A stretch of 64,000 nt of DNA from Camelus ferus (lineage: Eukaryota): positions 10,540,001 to 10,604,000 of the forward strand of contig NC_045699.1 in assembly GCF_009834535.1 (NCBI RefSeq). Reading direction: 5' to 3'. The position numbers were made by a program, and so were the translations under genes. The notes under the pieces are model-generated. The model saw only the letters and a program-made list of their open reading frames with translations. It was not told where the DNA came from and did not search any database. Every line of letters begins with the position of its first letter. Within the stretch, counting starts at the first letter, position 1. Of the stretch, positions 47,807 to 59,800 are shown piece after piece.

Positions 47807-50800
47807 CTGAAAAGCAAACATGGAATGATCAATCTTTTCTTGTTTGAGAGAAATAGATTCAGGTTTTGGAAAGTTAAGGATCAGATGATTTTCCATATGT
47901 GAAGCTTTGATAAGACAGTGGAGTCCACATAAACTGGTGTTGGAATTTGGTGATAGGCACACAGAGGATTATGTTAATATATTATATTAACAGTATTTTC
48001 TCTACTCCAAAATTTTTCCACAGTAAAGTCTTATAAAAAAAATAAAGCAAGCAAAGAAAAAAAAAGATAGCATATGGCATAAATAGGCCAATGTCCAGGT
48101 GGTACTGGACACAGCTGTGGTCTAACACATGGAAACGCAGCCTGTGTTGACTGGAATCCGGGCCATCTGCTTCCCGGGGGTGGAGTGAGGCTGGTCCTGG
48201 AGAGTTACATGGCCCCAGACACTCCTGGCTGAGGCTGTGCCCAATGGGCAGCACCTAGCTGTCCTGGTCAGTTCCAGGGGGCACTGACTGCTATGACCCT
48301 CATGGTGACCTTGTAAACTTCCCTACCCACCCTCCCAGAGGTTCTGTGTAGGAGGTACTGCTAGGGCTTCTGTGTGGAAGGCCAGAACAGGAGCAGGGAC
48401 CCTCCTGGGTTTCCCAGCAACTTTCAGCAATGCTGCCAAACCTTATTAATCTCAACACAATGCCCCAAGTCCAGGCCCAAGGAAGCTGCCAATGGCTGGT
48501 GCAGCCCAGGACAGTTCAGTCCCCGCTGTCTTCTCTGACCGGGGCCCTTCGGAAAGCAGCTGAAGAACCCTTACTTGTCTGTCTGATGTCTGTGATGAGG
48601 AATTGGTGGTGGAGGCCGTGACTGCATTTCTCTTTCAAGGACACCTGTCAGCGTGGTAGGAGGACAAATAGACTTCCCTCTGATAAAAGTCAGAACACAA
48701 AGCATTGAAAAGTGAGAGCTGTTTGTGGAGATAGGCAGACAGCTGGAAATCTAGTCCGTGGCACTCACTACGATGCTGTGGCGCACCCTTGGATAGAACC
48801 TGTCTCCTCTCGAGCATGGATGACTTCATGTAACCCTTGCCCCTTTCACCCACCTCTGCTGGGCCTGTTACCTGTGTCCTCTCATCTCACACTTGAGCTT
48901 TCTTTTTTGGGAAGTTCTTCTGACTCCCTCAGGTTCTGACAGTGATCCTAGGTCCTTCTGTCCCCTGCTGGCTCACACTACTACCTCTGTTTCCTCTAAT
49001 GGCAAACACTGTAGTCACAGGCCAGCATTCTTTCTGTTTCTATCATGCCAGGAAGACACAAGGGGAAGAAGCGCAGATGTGATGGGCAGGCACCCACCCG
49101 AGGCCCTCAGAGTCTCTCATGTGGATCTGGACGGACCTGAGGTTTGTATCCTTTAGGTGTGTCTGCTCTGAGGACTGAGGCATGGGCTTTACTTTCTGGT
49201 TCAGCTCTTTAGATCGGTTCAGAATGGCTGTCCCAGAGGCAGATTTTCTACCTATTCTCCCAACAGAGGAAGTAAGAAAAGCAAATATTGACTGGCCCTG
49301 CTTCCCAGGTCCTGTCTGCCCCACTGAGCAGCTCCTCCTGGGATGGCAAGATCAACCCACCTGACTGCAGTGACCACGACATTGCGCTTCGGTTCACTGT
49401 CATAGCTCACGCTCTCCAGGCCGTACACTTGGGCCAGGTCGTGGATGATCCGGCGGTGGTCTCTGTTCATGGGAGGGAAGCAGTGGCTCTTCTTACTATT
49501 CTTTCCCTGTACCGAAAGAAAAGATGACTTATTGATAAAATCATCTCGAAAACAGAATATGCCTACAGAGGTCTTTCCCACCATCCCAGAAGAGCCTGGG
49601 TCAATAAAGAGGCAGCTGCATTTTGGAGGCCCACAGCGGACTGCAATTCACTGACTGCCAAGCAAGCCGGGGATGTGGGAGGGTGAGGGCTGATGCACTT
49701 CTTTCATCTCCTCTGTGAGTCACACAGTACCAGCTGGCTAGGGTTAGGGGGTCAAAGGGTTAGTAAACTGAGACTGACAAGAACAGTGTAATGGTTCCTC
49801 CTGAGAGGGCCTGTAACTGGGGAACGAGTGATGCTCCCAAGAAATTACTAAATAAATTGAAGACTTACAAAATTAAAATCTTATAAAAAAGTACACTGTA
49901 CACTAAAAATCATGAGTGTACAGACAGACACACAGCAGAGAAACACACTTGCTCAGGTTTCCTGGTCAGGAGGGGAACAATGATTCATCTTCTCCTTTGT
50001 GTTAGTATCTTGCTGGGAAGTGGCAACAGAAGGGAGGAAGGGAAGGGGGTGAGGAGATGGCGGGAAGGAAATCCCTCTTCATTAGATGTGGAGCTAAAGC
50101 AGCCATCTCATCCTCACTGAGTCCCCCTGGAATGAAGAAGGAGTCACCGTGGGGCTGGCTGCTTCTGATTAAATCAGAGACTTTTTTGCTTAAAACTAGC
50201 TCCTTGACATCCATGGCTGCCTCTAGGACAGGCTTCACTCTCTTGAAGGAGGCTAAGCCACTACTCTTCAGCTCCAGTTATTCAACTTTTTATCTTTGCC
50301 CCAGGGTTCCTCTCCTCTCCTGCCTTTGGGGTAAATGAGAACCAGTGTGTCCAAATATACAACAGCCCTTCAGAGATCTGAGGACCCAGCAGGTCTTCCT
50401 AAGCATCCCTACTGGGTCCCCTTTGTCCTGAGTTTCTTCACCCATTCTTAGGCACTGAGCTAGGATTTTTATTTATATTTAATATTATTGCAGATATCTT
50501 TCCTGAACCAGAACAGGGCTTCCATGATGTTATAACGGCTGGGCTTTTGGGAAAGATAATGATCCCCAAGGAAGTTGTGGCTTTTTCCTATAACTACTTT
50601 ACACCAACAAGTGTTTCTGGGACTTTTTATCAAGCTGGCCTTAGAGACATGTCCAGTTGGATGTTTTGACTTCAACCTTATTCACGGCCTCCACAAGGGC
50701 TTCCATTTCCTTCTCAATGTCACCGACAAACTTTAAATCCTTCCTGAAATGAGAAATCAGCACAATTAATTTCATCTGTTTCTGCTCTTTTGAGAGTCCC

Positions 50801-53800
50801 TTCCACCCACCCTCTCTGTTAAGTGCAGACAATGGACAATGTGGGCAGAAAAACTGCAGAAGTCAGGAATTGTCACATAACAGAAGGTTGGACTTGATGG
50901 AAGAAAGGAAGAGAAAATAAGAAAACAAATATGAGAAAAGAGAAGATGGAAGGAGGAATAGCCATCAGAGAGCCAGGAGACACAAGGGAAATAAGACCTG
51001 TTACCACCCAAGTGAGGACTGCCCACGTGATTGTGATGTGGGTGGCCAGAGATCCTTCAATTCTACTAGTCCAGCCTTTGGAGGGGGCCCCAACTCCTAC
51101 CGCAAAGACACCACACACACACACACACTCTCTCTCTCTCCAAGTTCAATTCTTTAACAGGACAGTTTTAAGAGACCAAGAGAAGGATTTTTATTAAACA
51201 TCATATAATCCTCTATAACATATACAAACTGGTTCAATCACAGAGGATTACATATTAGTTACTACATTTTAAAAGACCAAACACTCTGTTAAGCCACAAT
51301 CAAGAAAGTAGGTAACAAGTTACATACCTGGCATCTTCTTTCAAACTGTCACTGAATTTTGACCCTGAAGAACGTACATTGAAAGGATCAGAATCATCAC
51401 TGATATGAAATGCCTCTGCTAACCGCCTGAAAGTGAGAGAAGTAGGTAAATAAAAAGAAAGGATGTGGGGGAGGAAAACTATCTTATAGTAACAGAGTGC
51501 CCATCATGTCCTAAGTTCTCTATATTAATGATTAAGGAAAATAAGAACAACTTGGGACAAGATACTGAATTGTTTTCATAGAATAAAATAAGACAGCTCT
51601 AGATGAGTCTGAGCAAGCTACAGGCTGACACTGGGGACTTAAATTGTTTGGTGAGGAGATAAGAGTAATAAGCTGGGGGAGATAAGCTGGGGGAGTAAGA
51701 GTACTGGGGATGGTTGCTGGGGGATGACTTTCCCTGAGGCTTCACCTAAACATCAGATATATAAAGTAGACAGATAATACTAAAATTAACATCACCTTAC
51801 AGAAAGTCTAGAAAATAAAGAATTTCATTAACATAAGCACTGCAGTATTTTTAATACATTTCCTTTTAGATTTTTCCTCTGTAGTTTTAAGTAGTTGCAA
51901 TCAGTTTATATAAAACTTTGATCTTTTTCTACCTTATTATTATATGATTAGCATTTCTCATATTACTGTTTGGTTTTCACACTCCCTGTGTTAACAGCTG
52001 CATACTCTTCTAATTACATATATCCCACAATATACTTAAACATTTTCCATTTAGATTTCTTTAAATGTTTTGTTTTGACCAGCAGTGCATGAGTCTTGTG
52101 GCATCTCACCAATATCCAGCTATGTCTTTTTTTTTTTTTAAACAGGTAGATAAAATTCAGCTTAGCACTTAGTACAATTTTCTTTTATACGGAGACAGAG
52201 GTCTCTTACAAGTTTGATGCCCATAAGAATATGATTTACTGTTGCTAGATTTCCTAATTTTTAAATAGAGTTTTAATTTTCAAATTTTCAAGAGAATTCT
52301 TAGGGGGAAGATCTTTTGATGTTTTGATTAGTTGGCCACTAATTCAGATATAAACACCAATAAAGCATGTCTGTGAGCTGAATTTGGCCTGCCAGTTTTT
52401 CATTTCTGCAATGGAACATATATTTGTAAACTTAGATGGCATTTTCTTTTTAAATTTTCTGTTTCTTTTTTTCTTAGATCTGTGAGTGTTTAAGAATCCT
52501 TATACAGTGAGGGTCACTATGTTATCATTTGAAGATTGAGGACAAATTCAAAAAGCTTTCAGAAATAGCTAGTTCTAATCAATAAATGACATTAACTGAG
52601 CACCTACTGTGTGTTAGGCTTCTTCCATGAGTTTTCTGTATATTATCCTTAGTTTTTATGCCTTAATCCTTGTAACAACTCAGGGAGGTAGATACTATTA
52701 CTGTCACCATTTCCACAGACATTTAAAACACATTAAAGCTTAGAGAGAGAATGTGATTTGCCCAAGGTCTCATAGCTAAGTGATCTGTGAATCTGGGCAA
52801 TCTAACTCCAGAGCGCTGGCTGGCTCTAACTACTACACAATACTGTCTCAACTACACAAAGGTGCATTTCCGTGATTTGGAGGCCTTCTGTGTCATCAGT
52901 ATTTCTGAATACTCAGGATTCTTAGGTTCACATTTTGCAGCTGAGCACAATGTGACAGTTCTTAAAGGGCAAGAGCTTTGAACAGCAGTTATTACAGTTA
53001 CCACAAAGGTCAAATCAAGGGAAATTTGGGCAGTGTTATTAATCATCATATTATATTTTACCCATTTAGCCATGTAAAGAGGTACTGTTAACAACCGTTG
53101 CAAGTCAAACTTCAAGGTAAAACAAGACTGTATTTTGTTTGCATTTGTCTGTTTCTGCTTTTCATCTTGAAAAATTTTCAAAGAAACACAAATTACAAGA
53201 ATGCTATAGTGAACTCCTATATATCCTTTACCTAAATTCCCTAATTGTTAAAATTTTTACAGAGCTATACGTTTAATCTTTGTTGGAACCAGAAAGTCTG
53301 CCAGTCATTGAATAAAATGTTCGTTAATCTGATAAATAGTATCCTCATATATATCCTTATGGCAAACATCATATTAAGTGGTGAAATCTTTAAGCTTTCC
53401 CTAAGAGACTGGGGATAAATCAGAAATATCTATTATCACCACTTTCCATTCAACATTGTACTGGAGTCCTAGCTGGCAAAATAAGGCAAGAAAAAGAAAA
53501 AAGTAAGAATTGGAAAGAAATTATAAGAGGATATGATTGGGTGCAAAATCCAAAAGAAGCTACAGCTAATAGAAATAAGTAATTAGCAAGGTTGTGAATA
53601 CAAGTCAACAAATATCAGTGGTATTTCTATATGCCAGCAACAAGCAATTAGAAAATTAAATTTTAAAAGTGATATAAGGAAACTGCTCTATAAGAATAAA
53701 GTCTATTAAAAAAAGTGATATAAGGAAAAAAATACCATTTATAATAGCATTAAAAAAATCGAATAGCAAGGAACAAATCTACTTAAAGATAAACAAAACC

Positions 53801-56800
53801 TACACAAAGAAAACTATAAAATATCATTGAGAGAAATCAAAGAAGACATGAATGGGAAAATATACTTTGCTCATGGATTAGTGGTCTCAAAATTATAAAG
53901 ATATCAAATCCTCCCAAGTTGATCTATAAATTAAATACCAACTCAATAAAAATCCCAGCAGGTTTTTTGGGTAGATGTTGGTAAGTTAATTCTAAAATTT
54001 AAATGAAAATGCAAATGACCAGGAATAATCAAGACAATCTTGAAGAAGGACCATGTTTGAAGAGATATGCTACCAGTTATAAAGGTACAGTAATTAAGAT
54101 AATGTGATACCAGCACAATGGAACAGAATGAGCTCAGAAATAAACCCACACACAATTTCGATTACTTAAGACAAAGATGGTACTGCAGAGCACTGGAAAA
54201 AATTTTTTTTGATGAATGGTACTTGGTCAAATGAATATTTGTATGGAAAAAAATGGAATGATGAATCCTCATTTTACCATGCTCAAAAAAAAAAAAAAAA
54301 AAAAAAATCAGTCCAGATCAACTGTAGCTCTAAATGTGAAAGGTAAAATAAGGCTTCTAGATAGTAACATAGAATATCATCAGGATCTCAGGACAGACAA
54401 ATATTTCTTAAATAAAAAAGCATTGCTCACTAAGGAAAAGACTGATAAACTGGACTATATTAAAATTAGAAACTTCTGTTTATCAAGACACCATTTAGAG
54501 AGTGAAAAGTTAAGGCACAAAACAGGAGAAAAAAAATACATAAAACAAAGGACTCATTTCCAAAATATATAATGAAATCCTAGTAATCAATATGAAAAAA
54601 GACAGGTAACATAAATAAACAATAAGTGAACTTGAATAGGTACTTCACAAAAAAGGAAAGTGCTTAACGTCACTAGTCATTAGGGAACTATAAATTAAAA
54701 GCTCAAAGACATCCAGCTATACATCCACAAAAATGGATTAAAATTAAAAAGACTGACAATTCCAAGGGCTGATACAAATGTAGAGCGATGGGAATCATGA
54801 CCCTGCCGGTGGGAGTGTAACCTGGTACGACCATTTTGGACAATGTTTGGCAGAATCAATTAAAGCTGAAAATATGCATACCCTATTCATTAGCAACTCT
54901 ATTCCTTAGTTTATATCCAACACAGATGAGTACATATACACAGCAAAGCAAGTATAGGGATGTTCTTAACAAAGCATTATTTGTAAGAGCCCAACACTGA
55001 TAACAACACATGTATCTAGTAACTACAGAATAGATAAACGACGATATTTAATACAATAAAATACCATGTAGAAATGAAAATGAACAAAGTACTGCTACAT
55101 GCAACAACAGGAATGAATGTCACTAGTGTAATGAAAGAAACCAGGCAAAAGTAACACAAACGGTATGACTTCATCATTTACATAAAGTCCAAAAACAGAC
55201 AAAAATAATCTAAATGTTAGAAGCAAAGATAGAGTTTTATCTTGGTGTAGTGTGAGAGGTTCTGGTAATTTGCTATCTCTTGACATGGGTGCTGATTACA
55301 CCACTGTATTCACTTTGTGATGACTCACTGATCTGTACAGCTCTGATCTTCTATAGGTATGTTATACTTCAACATAAAAGTTCATTAGAAGAATTTTAAG
55401 CCTCTTATCTTCATTGTAATCAGGAAGTCAGCCAGTCCCTGAATAAGTATGCTGTGGGGCATGCAATGTTTATACCTGCCTGAAACTACACAAGCTCATG
55501 TTTCAGAAATTTGCTGAAATCACCTAACTGGTTTATCCTTAGATACTTCAGTTCTTGATGACTGAATTTCTCCTGCTCTCCAATAGCAACAAAAGGCTCA
55601 GAGTGGGTTCTGGGTGAATGCTTGAAGGGTTGCTCCCTCTCACCAAATTCACAGAGCTCAAGGACAATTAGAAAAACAGCAGTTGAAGCTACTTACTTTT
55701 TCCTTTCTAAGGCTGAACACTCCTCATCACACTCCAGCCTTGAGAAACAAATGAAAAAAAATTAAGTCAGAGTACAGGTTTCACAGCTCCTATACAGCAG
55801 TAAGTTCTTAGATGGTCAACCTGGAAACAGCAGACTCTGGCCAAAAAATGGCTGGATAAGGTCCCTCTCGAGGACAGGTGGGCAGGCCTCTGGGTTATGG
55901 GAGTCAAGGAGTCCTCAGAGGGCTTCAGAGTATCCCCTGGCTGCTCAGCCCCCAAAATGCTCCCAGTGTCCCCATGACAGCCCCATCTCCTTCTCTCAAC
56001 ACAGCCACCACTCTGGTTCTCTGTTTTTCAGTGGGCTGGGCTGGACATATCGAGGTCTCTGCTCCCTCCAGCTACTGTCTGCAGTGAGGCTTGGAAAAGC
56101 CTCTGGTCTTAGCTGTATCCTTAGTAGGATTTCTTCAGTTGGAGAGGGTGTGGTCTTTTAACATCAGATGTCTGTTGAATACCTACTGTGTGTGCAAGGC
56201 TTTACTGTGGGGGACTGACACGAATGATTCTTGCCCTCTGGAAATTAAGTCTAATAGGAGAAAGAAGGTATGGCTACACATTTTTAAAATTACCTGGCTT
56301 GGTGAATTTCCTTCTTAGTAATTAACCTGCTGATCTCCACTGAATCTCCAAGCTGCATGTCTGTTATTTTAGAGGCCATGGAAATAGCAGCTATTCTGCA
56401 GTATAAAACACAAAGGGAAGGAAGGGATTGCACTTTCACAAGAACCTCCTCATACCAGGCACACAGAACACTTCTTTCAAGGCAAATCTAACACATGACA
56501 ATCTGTGTGGCCTTGGAAGCCCATCTATTATGAACCACCCACATATTTATGTGTTATCTCTTCAAGCAGTTTAAGCAGCTCCACAGGAAATGAGTCCGTC
56601 CACTCCTCAGTACCCTCCTGAACATTCAGGCCAAAGCCAGGCACTCAGTGGGTATTCAAACACAGCCAATCTGATGTCTGCATACTCCTAAAGTCCCATT
56701 TCCATGGTGCATCTCTTCATCTATTCAGAGATACACAAAACCATCCATACCTAATGCCCCTACACAGGTCCCAAGATTTCAGGAGGCTATAAAGACACCT

Positions 56801-59800
56801 CACAGAACAGTCAGAAACCCCTACCCTAGGGCAGGAGCACAGGACCTGGTCCTGGCTGTGTCACCACAAGTGGTGGGACATCAAAGCAATCCATGCAACT
56901 TTAGGACATCTTCCCTTCTGATCTCATGGTGTAATAAGACCAAAAAAGGAGAGAGAGAGAAAGGAGGAGGAGGAGAAATTAAAAGGTTATTTTACAAATT
57001 AAAGTTAGGGAGGGAAAGCTACATAAAGCAGTACTTTTTCTTCGAACCAGAAAAACTAGACTCAGGAAACTTTGTTTTAAAAATCTTCCAACCTTAACAA
57101 CAGTTGCAAAGATCCTATAACAAACTCATGTATACCCTTTACCTAGACCCACCAATTGTTAACATTTAAGTAGCACTAACCTTTGATAAGTACTAGATGC
57201 TTCAGAGCAAATCATCATCTCTTTCCTTCGTCCACATTCACACTGCAGCTCTATCTGAAATAAGATTAACTTGGAGTGACTTTCAGCACATGGAAACCAC
57301 TTGAATAGGCAGGTTTCATTTTTAAAGCCTCTCTCAAATCAAACCACGGCAGAGATGGAGAGACAGTGAGTGGCTACCCTCCAGGATGGAGGAAGCTAAC
57401 CACACGTGCAAACGGACAACGTAGTAACTGACATGCTAGGAGAGAAGTGTCCAGTCTATAGCAGCCCTTACTGGGAATTACTTCTGTCTTTAATTCTGCA
57501 TGAAGGGGCAGGCCTAGAATGAAGTTTTTACCACTAACCTAGAGGTGGACACTTGACACTTGATCAGCCAGGGCCTAATCAACTCTATTTCATCCCTCTA
57601 TTTTCACCTCCTGGGGTCGGGGGCTGTGGGGGGGGGCTTGCTTAATCCCTCAGACCAGGTAAATCCTCCACTGACATGTCCTTGTGGCACCCTCTACAAG
57701 GGTGTAACTGCTCATTCATGACACATACCACAGTCAAAGTCAATTATCTGGGTATAATTAGTATCTGTCCATCTAACTGAAGGGACCATGTGTCTCCTGT
57801 TCACTGGTGGAGACCCAGAACCTAGCACAGCATAACATCTTACACAAAACAGACACATGTATTTGTTGAATAAATGGAGTGGGCAATCAGAATCTCTCTT
57901 AAGAGTTTGATCTAAGAGACACAGAGACTGGTCAGGTGGCAGTGGGTACTTTCTCAAGTAAAAGGCCATCTCAAGCTGGTCAGACAGTAATCAGTACAAT
58001 TTACTCCACCTTTCTCTTGTTAACTTGTAACCTTGCAACCAATGACCCTGATTAGGATGTGTGCCCAGGTGCCACTGCAGGCAGTTCTGGACGCAGCAGC
58101 AGCCCCAGAACCACAGTCAAGGCCCTACCTGGAGCCACAATTACGCACCTTGGCTTTACAAGCAGTCACAGGGCAGGGTGAGCTGGGGTGGCAGGGTGCC
58201 ATACATGGGTGGCCACAGTCAGCTCTGGAGGTGGTACAGGGCTGTTTGCAAACCTCATCCACAAGACACTCTCCTTTGTGACAGAGTCTCTGACACTTGT
58301 GCATCCCACACGGTAGCGTGGCACTGCAGGGTAATCCGCAAGAGATATCAACCAGGTGACAGGGGATGTTGCTTCGTAACTAGGAGAGACAGAAGTAGCC
58401 AGATTCTCATCTCCACAAAGCATTTGGAGTGGGTTTTAATTTCCTATTTAAACATTTCTGAACTTTCAAAAAGAGCATTTTTTAAAAAAGTTCTTTTTAT
58501 CTGAAAAACATTAAGCTGATTTTCAAAGTCTGAAAGGTCAGTTTGAAAAGATAACAAACCTGAACCTTATTTAATAATGCTTGTTATGCTCTAAAAGGAT
58601 TTGTTATAGCAGCCAAGTGTGACTTGCAACATAAACTTCCCAAGGTGGGTAACAAACACATGAAACCAGATAACTAGGGAGTATCTGAAAATGCTATGAC
58701 TAACAGGGAGGATCAGGTGATCTTTACCCTCCTCTGCAAACAGCTAGGGCATTGAGTTGACAGAAAAATCCTGGGGGTGGAGGCACCCTTGGCTCATGGT
58801 TTCAAGACTGCTGGCAGGGCTGTTTTAAGCAATACTCAACTCTCCTCACATCTCCCAACTCATGGTCTCTATAGTTTCAGACAGCTCTGTCATAAAAAAA
58901 AAAAGAAGCAACAGGCCATGGAACCCCCAAATCATTTTTCCTTGAGAAAGTGACTCCTTCTAGGATTCTTCACTCCAGGAAAAAGATGCTGGAATTTTAT
59001 TCCTGTGGAACTAAAGGTTTGCTCTTTTATATTTACTCAAATTCTTTTTTAAGGACCCTTAAAATGAGGAATACACTTTGAATTTCATTAAACACTTTAC
59101 TACCAGGGCGCTGGTGGTAATTTGTGCACATGCTATGTCTGTCCTCTGTTGTCCCGTCCCCACGTTACCTGCCTATCTTCTCAATATCCTTTAGGATGTC
59201 CTTCCTCTAGAAACGCCTTCCCTGGGTAGGGGCCTCTTCTATCCCCTTCAGTACTCTGTACTTCCCACATTACTGTATTCATAATCAACTGTTTAAACGT
59301 CTGCTTCTTGCCCTAGAGTGAAGGCTCCACATGGGCAAGGGCCACGCCTGTCTTGTTCATTTCTGAATCACCCAAACCTAGCCTGTTACCCAGCATATAA
59401 CAGACATTTATGTATATAAGTATTTGTTGAGTGAAGTCCAAATCAGCCAACAACATGAAGATACAAGGATGTCTTAGAATGGTTACTTTCAGAGGAAGTA
59501 AGATTTCAGAAGAAGAATAAATACTAAGGATTATGACTTGAGAACCACTGACAGGAAATAAGTGGAGCAAAATATGTCCATCAAGATAAGGATACTGAAA
59601 GCATGTTGTCACAGTTGTCAAGAGTTTCAAGAAATGTTGGCCAACATGTTATAAAGTAAAAAAAAGCAAGTTACAAAACAGTATAATCCTAATAGAGTAA
59701 GGGAGACTGTATATCATACATGCCTGGAATTCTACACACCAGAACGTTAGAGTATTTCATTCTGGGTAGCAAAACTATATTATCTTAATTGTCTACAATG

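Noticed and set aside
51668-51695. 14-bp tandem duplication ATAAGCTGGGGGAG x2
   Set aside because: An ordinary slippage duplication deep in an intron, with no functional hint.
54216-54572. Lys-rich 118-aa ORF
   Set aside because: A degenerate L1 ORF2 remnant containing an A23 run.
58960-59010. Possible NFX1-91-like terminal exon on - (TTTAG|[16 protein letters not shown]), sharing KIPA with the recalled human tail
   Set aside because: Only a 4-residue match to a remembered sequence, with a poor polypyrimidine tract; not supportable without alignment.
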